A stretch of DNA of 64,000 bases from Amoebidium appalachense (Eukaryota; Protista; Ichthyosporea): the NCBI GenBank assembly GCA_963693365.1, contig CAVNZM010000007.1, forward strand, positions 7,561,962-7,625,961. Reading direction: 5' to 3'. This document shows positions 24,447 through 64,000 of this stretch, piece by piece. Below the pieces are notes generated by a model that worked only from the letters and a program-made list of their open reading frames with translations, ran no database searches and was not told where the DNA came from. Numbering within the stretch: position 1 is the stretch's first letter; each line of letters starts with the position of its first letter. The position numbers were made by a program, and so were the translations under genes.

Positions 24447-25415
24447 ATGCCCCCCACCACTGCACGCACGCACCCTTCCACCACTGTTTCGGCGTTTCCA
24501 GAAACTGGGACCGTCACCACACACAATGGCTCCTACCCTCATGGACCACCGCCCTCGGAGATGTGCTTTGACCTAGCGTGGCGCGGGAATGTAGAACAAC
24601 TCATTGAATGTTTACAAGAAGAGACAGAAATCAATGCAGTTGACGTGAACAGAGCGAACGAAGATTCCGAAACATTGATGTATGTTGCCGCCCTGTGTGG
24701 AAATGGAGAAATGCTCAGATCACTGTTTGCGCTTGGTGCACGTGTGGACAGGCGCTGCCAAGACAACGCGTTGGAGAGCGTGAAGTGTGTTGTTAAGACA
24801 TTGAAGAAAATCGAGCGTGGAAAACACAAGAAAATTCGTGAAGGGGTGGTTTCGAGGACGTTTTCCGATACGGAATGGCCAGCGGAAATGCTTCCGTTGA
24901 AAAGTATACTGGGGGGCCCGTGTAGCAGTGAGAACATGTATTTGGTGAGGAGAAAGTTGGAAAGACATCAGGTAGACGTGTTGTTTGACTTTCTGCATGG
25001 GGAGAACAGAGTCACCCATATCGATGCCAGAAAGGTGGGTGTGGGGTGTGTGTGTGGGGGGAGGGGACGGGTGGGAAGGGTGGGAGGGGAAGGTAGGGCG
25101 GGAAGGGGGGGGTTGGTGGGGGAAAGCTGCGCATTTGTTTGCGTATGTGTGCGCGCATTTGTTTCTGTGTGTGGGTGTGATTGTAGGAGTGTGCAGTGTG
25201 TGTGTGCGTGAGGGTGGAGAGGGAGGGAGTCGGGTACGAAATCGTGTGGTGTGTGTTGTGTGTGTGCGTGGCTGTGTGTTTTGCTAAGGGTCATCACTGT
25301 GTGTGATGTTAGGTATGTGTATGTCTGCGTGTGGGTGTGATAGTATGTGCCCTAATCATCGACCGTGTGCGTATTTGAGAAAGCCCCATTCATCGTTGTA
25401 TACAAAACACGCACA

Positions 25416-25507
<92 letters not shown>

Positions 25508-25823
25508 CGCGCACGTACACACATCTTACGCATGTGTAACGTAAACAAAAGGACACCCACACCCACACTCGCATGCGCACTTTTACAAAAACACACGTCC
25601 ACGTGCGCACAATTCTGCGCGTGTTTACGTCAGACAATAAAGTTTAAAATATTTGATCAGCACAAATATTTTAGAAAGGAAGGGAGGAGGGGACGGGCGG
25701 GCGGGCAGGCGGGCGGACGGGCAGGGGAAGGCGGGGGATGGGGGGAGGAGACGAGGGGGGATGGGGGGGAGGGGAGGGAGGGGGCTGGAGGGAGGGGTAT
25801 GCGTGTATGTGTGTGTGTGTATG

Positions 25824-25885
<62 letters not shown>

Positions 25886-27502
25886 CTCTCTCTCTGTGTG
25901 TGTGCGCGCGTGCGTGTGTGTGTGTTGGACGCATCCGTGTATGTGTGTATGTGTGGAGGGTGGGGGAGGGAGGGGGGGGGGGGGGGGGGGGAGAGGGGGT
26001 GGTGTGCTTGTTAGGCAGGAGGTGTGGTGGAGAGTTTGGGGGGAGGGGAGGAGCTGGTGTGTGTTGTGGGGGGGGGGAGGGGGGGGGGGGGTCTTTGGTA
26101 ATGCCCGTCCGGTTTAGTCAAGTGGGCATGCTGTTCTTTTGTGCTCTACGCCTGCGGGCAGCTGTCGTGAAGTTCATTTTTGCTGGATGTTGGGTGGTTA
26201 AGGTTGCAGGTGTGTTGCCTTATGGCATGCATGCTTCCATGGTCACTGATCCATTTCTTGGTTGGATAAACCTCCCTCTCCCTCCAATCCCCCCTCCCCC
26301 CCCCCCCCCCCCTCCCCCCTCCTCCCCCCCCCCCCCCCCCCCACTTGGGCCCTCCCTGAGGATGGGCTCTGCTTATGATGCATACTGTGCACATGGCTGA
26401 TGTTGCATACTTGAATGTTTGCCTTTGCATGTGTCCTGCACCATGCTTCTCGTCGTGTATGCGTACTTCGTACCGTGTTCCGCATTCAAACCCCCCCCAC
26501 CCCCCCCCCCCTGGGAAAACCCCTCTCACCACCGTCACCACCACCTCATGCCCTCGATACCCCCCCCCCCCCCCCCCCCCCCCTCCCCTCCCGTTCCTTC
26601 CCATCCCCCCCCCCCTCTTGTCCCTCCCCACCCTCCCCACCCCTCCCCCCACGCATGTTGCATGTCCTCTGTTTGTTCGTTTTTGCACAACCTTCATAAT
26701 GATTACATGCTCCGTGTTTTTCTTGTTTATCATCTTTGTAGTTCATACTGTGTAACACAATTTTTTGCTCTGCCGGTGTCTGATACCCCTCTCTAATGTA
26801 ATAGAAGACCGAATAATCAAGCAACACGCTTGTGGAAGTGGGGGCAGAAGCTGGGAGGTGGGGGGGGGGGGGGGGGGTTTGAGTTAATACTACAAAGATC
26901 GATAAGCCTAATTAATATGGGTGGTTGGGACTTGACAGGTTGGGCTGGGTCTGTACGGAGCCCAACGATTGGGCGATCTACTGGCAACCAACACGACACT
27001 ACTGTCTGCATTCCTCTTTAAGAACGAACTGGGTGACGATGGGTTAAAGATGATTGCAAATGGGTTAAAGGTGAACAGGCGGTTCAGCAAGATTAACCTA
27101 TGTCAGAATGAAATCGGACCCTTGGGAGCTGGATATTTGGCGAAAGTTGTGAAGGAATGCGATAACTTATTGCACATTGACATCAACAACAATTTCATTG
27201 GGGATGAAGGGGCGGAAGCGATGGCGTTAGCAATGTGTGATAATAAGACGTTGAGAGAGCTGAGCATGTGGAACAACGGAATTACTGAGAGAGGCGCGAT
27301 GGCGCTGATTGGAGCGTTAAAACTTAACCTGAGGCACTCATTGGTCAAGGTGAATTTGCGTCCGGGGGGAGCCAATAGCAACAGGGTGTCTCAAGAAACA
27401 CTAAAAATTATCGAGGGGTTGCTTGTACCGAGGTCGGATGGCGACTTTTTGGACGGGTTGGAGGAGGGAGAGGAGGGGGCTGGATGGTTGTTTAGTGCCT
27501 AA
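24447..27502 (+). CDS. Ankyrin-repeat + ribonuclease-inhibitor-like LRR protein, 2 exons, 383 aa
   Basis: Exon 24447-25034 has an ankyrin-like stretch (DVNRANEDSETLMYVAALCGNGEMLRSLFALGA). Exon 26939-27502 has 28-aa LRRs (NELGDDGLKMIA, NEIGPLGAGYLA, NFIGDEGAEAMA, NGITERGAMALI). Phase-0 join. Confidence 0.82.
26358..26490 (+). repeat. Short dispersed intronic repeat (GAGGATGGGCTCTG family, type A)
   Basis: ~105 bp match the reverse complement of 32281-32387 with about 3 substitutions. The head is identical to the one at 38766. Bounded by poly-C. Confidence 0.85.
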
Positions 27503-28103
27503 GTAGAGGCAATGGAAATGGTGAAATTTAGCATGGACCCCCCCCCCCCTCCCCCCTCCACACACACACACACACACACAAGACAGGCACGCGCACACAT
27601 TAAATGCACGCATACACGTGCGCGCTCACATACACACCTGCACCACACACTTACACCAAACCTACGTACGTGTACACTTTCTATATGGACGTCTGGATCC
27701 GAACGCTGTTCAAATATTCAATTATTCGGAGGGTGTTGGTGTGTTGTGGGTGGGGAGAAGGGATGATATTGTTGATTGATTCTTAGTATGAATAATTGTA
27801 CCGGTAGATGACAGGTGAGAGCACGTATCATGTACATAGAATGAGCGGGCTGGTATTATACACGTAAATGTTATAGTAACTTTATCGAATGTGCGCGAAA
27901 TATGCATGTCATACGTAATGCAGATCTAGAATGTCAATGATTTTTTTATTAAATGTGTGAATGTACGCTTCAAATTTATGATCGAATGTTACTAGCTGTG
28001 CAGTTCTGTTCTCCATGAACATACAGGAAACCTGTAACAGTTGTACCGAAATTCGAATTTCAAATCCCAAGATCCGGTTCTTAGGATAGATATATGCCCC
28101 ATG

Positions 28104-28246
28104 CAGGGATACACCTAAAAACGCAACGAATAAGCACATGCCATACGAAGATAGTAGGGGCACGAACTTCACGAAGACACGAAGATAGTGCCCCTACTAT
28201 CTTCGAATGGCATGCGCTTATTCGTTGCGTTTTTAGGTGTATTCTG
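28104..28246. repeat. Long inverted repeat / hairpin (55-bp arms) between convergent genes
   Basis: 28109-28163 is the reverse complement of 28188-28242 with 2 mismatches; 24-nt loop. Confidence 0.93.
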
Positions 28247-28767
28247 ATTGTGTTTCTGTTAAATCTTTGTTTATACCTTGTATCATGTGTATTCTATCTG
28301 AGTCAGCCGAAAACCAGCGGCTTTCATCGTTTATGCTGCCAGGCACAAACAAATTTCAAACATAGACACATGTGGTAGTACTCAGTACATACATCAATCA
28401 TACATCTTGCTTGAGTGATATTATGTTGAATATATCTCTCACCATGTGTGTAACTGCTTTACCAAGCCCCACCAAAAAATCCCACAAGTAAAATTCTAGG
28501 TTGTGTTGTCCTAATATAGATCTAGACCGTTTTCATTGCATTGTGTGCTATTATTGGTGTAATGTAATATAGATCATATCTGTGCATGGTCTTGATCACA
28601 GCAACCCAGAACGGGGTGTTCCAGAAACCATAAAGCACTGTGACATATAAATGCGCATACCACACACACACCTGTACACTTTAAAAAAAAAAAAAGAAGA
28701 AGAAGGAAAGCAAGAAATTTATCAATAGGAATTAGGAAATTCCCCACAAAGACTTCTCACACGGCCA

Positions 28768-35549
<6,782 letters not shown>

Positions 35550-36020
35550 GGTAAGGTTGTGTAACTAAACAATAATGTCTTCTTTCTGTTATTAAGTTAA
35601 AAGTTTTCTCTTTCTCGCTCTCTTGGTCATTCTGGATCCCGGTCCCGTGGAAGAGTAGTCTATACAAAGTTATCCAGTGTATACTCTATGTGCACTGATC
35701 AACTAAGTGGCTTACTGACACATTTGACGTCATAGGAGTGCTTGATTTTCGATTGTATGAGTCATACTTGCGCAAGTTGATGCGCGTTCAACCAATCATT
35801 TGCGGTTTCGGTTTTTGGTGACGTAGGCGTTGCCCGCCGCAGAAAAACACCAAACATCAAAAAACCTTTGAGGGGGGAGAGCTGAACTGAGGACAAGTGT
35901 AAGATTTTATGCAGTTATTTGAAGGTGGTCAATGTTTTTGGGAGGTTTATTTAGATTGCCAGCGGATCAGATATATTAGTGTGATAGTGTTTTGCCTGGT
36001 AACCAGGTTTCTTTTTCACC
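35550..36020. promoter_or_regulatory. Probable bidirectional promoter of DENR and PSMC5
   Basis: Start codons diverge 471 bp apart. The interval is free of microsatellites and has the CRE palindrome TGACGTCA (35725-35732), CCAAT (35792-35796) and a second TGACGT (~35819). Confidence 0.6.
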
Positions 36021-45406
<9,386 letters not shown>

Positions 45407-45963
45407 TTTATGTGCTTGCTTTTTTTTATTATGTCATTGTGGTGTTATTGTGTTGTTCTTATGTAAGAGCTTTTGTGTTTTGTTTTCCTGTGTTTGCATG
45501 TGCTGTGTGTTTGTTTGTGTACATGGATATTTTTCGGAATCGCCCTTTCCTGGATTTTTGTTAGTATTTACTAATCTGGCTTGTGCTTTGCCTTTCGAAT
45601 TGGTGGGCGGTGTGTGTGTTTGAAATAAGTTTAAACGGAAGACAGTGATATTAAAGGGATGTTTTCTGTTTGTTTGTTTGTTTGTTTTTGTTTTTTTTAC
45701 CTTATAGTGTTAGATGGTTCGATCCCAGTCAAGATTGCTTCATTTCAGTATGGATAGGCGAAGTGTTTCTTCTCTGCCCAGATGCATTCCGTAAACACAA
45801 ATAAAACTTCGTAAAGATGAACTCAAACTTGCAACCACCACCACCAACGCACAGATTCAGATATACAAACCAACTTCCCGCACACAACATCCGACGCTCT
45901 CGTTTCACGACCCCACCTTTCCCACCACCCCCTCCCTGCCCCCCCCCCCCCCTCCCCCCCCCC

Positions 45964-46013
<50 letters not shown>

Positions 46014-46045
46014 CACACTCACACTCCTTCCCCCCCCCCCCTCCG

Positions 46046-46083
<38 letters not shown>

Positions 46084-46331
46084 ACATGTACACGGGCTCA
46101 GGTCCAAGATCAGAAGGTAGCCCTTGCATGATCCCGGCGGGGGAGGGCCTCAGAGCTCGAGGGAAATCTCAAATAATGGACAGTCGGTGCGTGCGGCAGT
46201 AGGTATAGTACAATCATATGATATGTGCCACCACCTTAAAGTGTGATGGTTGATGGTGTTCATATATGGGCCAGTCAGTGCCTCCTAGGCCTTCAGCCAC
46301 AGCTAGCCAGCCCCTGCCCTTCCTCCTCTCC

Positions 46332-46372
<41 letters not shown>

Positions 46373-47268
46373 GGGGGCCTACTGATCAAGCACACAAAAC
46401 CACGTGTACTCGCAGTGCGTACGTAAGCAATTGTAAGAGTGATTACAAACCGACAACCAAAACACAAAAAACAGCTCCTATACCACACCCAGCCACACGG
46501 ATACGCCATGCCGTGGCACATGCATCCACATGATACGTGCACCGTACATGTACGTCAGTACCGTGACGTCTCCGAGAATCCCATGCAGCATGTGCATAAC
46601 GCGTAGTTCACACACATCGATCTAAACACACATTCTGCTGTGGATGTGGTTCTTAAACAGAACAGTATATTTTTTGTGTGTGTGCATAAGATATTTTCAC
46701 ATTTTTATCAAGCTGCATTTGGCTTTTTTGCAAATGCACATTTTAAAAACGCTGCACACTCAATACACCCAACTGTTTGGTTAGAGGGAGCCTCAGCCAA
46801 TCACAGAAGCAAGCGACTCAGCGATCTATTACGCAACATTTTTTGGGGTCGCATTCCAGAGATTAGATTATACTAAGCTAGCATTATGATTGTTCTAAAT
46901 ATTGTTTTAACCCATAGACAGTTTAATATAAGTACCTCACCTACTTTTGTCATGAGCAAGTTATACCGCTCGGACCTGATGATGTAACCCGGCCAAGACC
47001 CTGAGTCACCGTAGGCTAGCAGCGTATATAACGTCCCCTTCATCAAGACCATGAAGTAAATGCTCACGCAACTATCAAAGGCAGAAAATTTTGAAGTTTG
47101 GAGGCAGACCTTTTTATTTTCTACCAGCCAAAATCTGCAGCTGCGTGACGGCTTTTTTGTATCAACGTCAAGCGGTTTTTGCGCGTTTGTGCTGAACGGT
47201 TTGCACTTTCACGTTCTATTTCAGCAATTGCCAAATTGCAGGAAGTTTTTTCTGAGTTATTACCGGAA

Positions 47269-51188
<3,920 letters not shown>

Positions 51189-51392
51189 GCCAATCAAAAT
51201 TAGGGCTTCTGTGGAGTTGCACACGTGCAGTGTTTGTCATGAGTCAAAGGACTTATAAACATGTCTTCTACTTTCTGTCGATGGCTACATGCGCACACTG
51301 CTGCGTATAGTGGACTTCCCCCATTCCCCCCAGCTCATCATCGAGTTTTTTCGAATATCCCTGCCAACGTTAGCCGCCTCATGGTAGTCACA

Positions 51393-51456
51393 TTGTATGA
51401 TAATAGCTGGCGGGAGTCTTTTTCTTTGTATGATAATAGCTGGCGGGAGTCTTTTT
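51393..51456. repeat. 33-bp tandem duplication downstream of the RBR gene
   Basis: TTGTATGATAATAGCTGGCGGGAGTCTTTTT at 51393 and 51426. Confidence 0.9.
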
Positions 51457-52029
51457 AAAGGGTGTATGATGTAAATAGTTGGAACGAATGAAATCTCGGC
51501 GGTCCAGTGTCGGTTTGTTGCGTCTGCCATGTTTCGTCCTCGTAGACGTCTCAGGTCGTGATGTACGGTGGTATATAAAATAAGACTATTGGGAACCAAT
51601 TGGCTGCAAGTTAAAAAGTTAACGACTATGGGGATATTTATGGGTATGTCACGGACGTGTGTGTGCAATGTGTATTTTATCGTATTTGAATTTTATTCTT
51701 GGGTTCCCCCCCCCTAAATTTATTTTTTCCCCCCCGTTGGAACCGAATGTTAATAATGACTGCCATGAACAGAGGATTGAAAAGACACCAATCTTTCCAA
51801 CTACAACAGAACCTTGGTTTGTAAACAATTGAAGAGGCATTGTGGCTTTAGTTTGCTCTGCTGTGTAAACATACACAAACACATACCGGGGTCGTTAATG
51901 ATTGGCCCAGATTGAATGAGAGCATATGCATTCTGTTGTACTAAAAGGAAGCGCCAATATTGATAATACTATCGCATTGAGGCGTGAGAGCTCCAACACA
52001 ATTACGCAGCGCTTATGTCCCCAGCCCCC

Positions 52030-52062
<33 letters not shown>

Positions 52063-52947
52063 AGCCCCCTCCTCCTTCTCTTCCCCCAAACCCCTCACAA
52101 CACACACGTGCGCGTGTGCGCACGCACACACACAGACGTACACACACACACACGCACACACACACACATACACAGCTACCTCCGACCCTACAGCCAATAC
52201 GTAATAACTTGGATAGCCATTCCGCAACCCACGCTCATAACTCGGTGTCCCAGCAGACAGGCACGTGCATTTGATTTTGAGTCCCCCCCCCCCCCCCCCC
52301 CCTCCCCCCCCCCCAAACACCGGAGAGAGCAGCAGCCAATATACGTACACTGATCCCCCCCCCCCCCCCCTTCCCACGTCTCAGTGAGGGGTTTTTAGAC
52401 TCTCGTGTCTGCCCTGGTGCCTTCTGCGTGATCAACATAAGAAGGTACAATATACCAAATGTCATCGCGCCTATCAAATTTGGTTGAGTCATCAAAATTT
52501 AAGCGTATTTCGCTAAAACTCAACAACAGCAATGAATATGTTCTCATTTTGAGTGCTGTCTCCCTGCGGCTCCTCTGACATACTTTGTGCATGCGCCAGT
52601 TACCGGAAGATGCCATTCACGGGTAATCGTTTTTTTTCGTTCCACGCAGGGAGGGAGGGGGAGGGGGAGGGGGGGAGGGGAGGGGGGAGGGGGGGGGGTT
52701 GTTGTTGTTGTCCCTACACATCATCATAAGAAAAGGGAATGTTCAAGTATTTTGGATGGTTTGTATTTCGTGGCCTTGTATTGGCTATGCAACCTACTGT
52801 CTGAATGCAATGCCCGGGCACCCCTAAAGCGCTTAGGCCTTTTCTTTGGTTACAATATCGGTAGTAGAGGCTAAGTTATCTATATTCCTAATATGCAATC
52901 CCTTCCCCAGACTCTCTCATAGTAGAATATGGTTGATTTCAACCTTA

Positions 52948-52979
<32 letters not shown>

Positions 52980-53003
52980 GCCCTCAACCCAACACTACCA
53001 CCA

Positions 53004-53041
<38 letters not shown>

Positions 53042-53530
53042 CCCCCCTCCTCTCTCCCTCAACGCACCACTACCACCATCACACACACACACACCACCAC
53101 CACCACCACCAACCGCACACACAAACAAAATTTCAAGCACACCCATGACAAAACAACCACACGGAAACAGATGTGCTGCAAAATGCTAAATACGTTTCTT
53201 GCCTGTTGTACATGCTGACTTTTAAGCCCCGTAATTAACCATCGCCATTATGACTTCTTATAACTAATGTCAATGGAAGGAGATAAGACTAATATATCAT
53301 AGCTGATGCCTCTAGCCATATGGGCTGCAAATGGTAGTAAAAAATACTCTAGTAAGGTTACAACTATGTAGATACAGTACCATACATGTTAAAGAATATA
53401 ATTACGTGTGCTAACACACGTTATGCACTGCCTAATCAAAGCACAATCAGAGGTAAACCAATACTCTCTTGTGGGTATTTGATATGCAGAAAGTACATGT
53501 TAAGTATAGGGGAGGGGGAGGGGTTCGTGT

Positions 53531-63515
<9,985 letters not shown>

Positions 63516-63885
63516 CTGGGGAAAAAAAAAAAAAAAAGAGGCATCAGTGTTATATTGTTGCGCGGAGGGAGAAATGAACACAGATGAGCTAAACATACGG
63601 TGATTATGGATATTAAGGAGAACCAATACTTAACGCAGTGTAACATGGAATGATGGGCTACCTGAGCAGAGCTATACCATAAGGGGTTCCCATGGCAGAG
63701 CCAAGGCAGGGAGAGCTGGGGTCACGGGGCGGAAAGAAGTGGGTCGGGAAGGTTGCCAGAAGAGATATGTGCACATGTCACATGTTGTGTTGAAGAAGAC
63801 AAGCACCAGCCTTGGATAATATGAGCCTAAAAAAAACTTCCATGTGTGTGTATGTGTGTGTGTGTGTGTGTGCGGGTAAGTGTTT

Positions 63886-63924
<39 letters not shown>

Positions 63925-64000
63925 TTTTTTGGGGGGGGGGGGGGGGAGGGGGGGGGGAGGAGGGGGAGGGGGGGGGGGGGGGGGGGGAGGGGGGTATGCA

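Noticed and set aside
46873-47067. Short minus-strand ORF ending near a GTGAG donor, and a TGATGA..CTGA pair near 46977
   Set aside because: No downstream exons, recognisable domain or terminal D box could be assembled.
51895-52616. Possible small minus-strand gene with a hydrophobic stretch (MTFGILYLLMLIT) downstream of SMC6
   Set aside because: No recognisable homology and no convincing in-phase exon chain; RNA-seq is needed.

Overview
Intron-rich eukaryotic genomic DNA saturated with (CA)/(GT), (CT)/(GA) and poly-C/G/A/T tracts. Nearly all ORFs in the supplied track are microsatellite artefacts. The animal-like housekeeping proteins suggest a unicellular opisthokont/holozoan, but this is weak inference. 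Manual splicing gives seven host genes: a senju-like SLC35A nucleotide-sugar transporter (+), a secreted Pro/Ala-rich orphan (+), an ankyrin+LRR protein (+), DENR (-), proteasome ATPase PSMC5/Rpt6 (+, head-to-head with DENR), an RBR-type E3 ligase lacking IBR and fused to CCHC zinc knuckles (+), and the 3' part of SMC6 (-). Two copies of one non-LTR retrotransposon lie tail-to-tail at the left end. Main leads: (1) the retroelement has a ~30-bp terminal redundancy, an internal poly(A), a 3' end shared by both copies, and a TSD that matches its own sequence next to the 5' repeat; (2) many introns have mutually complementary simple-repeat tracts at their two ends, and several acceptors lack a polypyrimidine tract; (3) the RING1-RING2-zinc-knuckle ligase; (4) two long fold-back hairpins and an intronic repeat family. 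Homopolymer assembly errors are likely and could explain some oddities. All assignments come from reading the sequence and recalled motifs; no searches were run.
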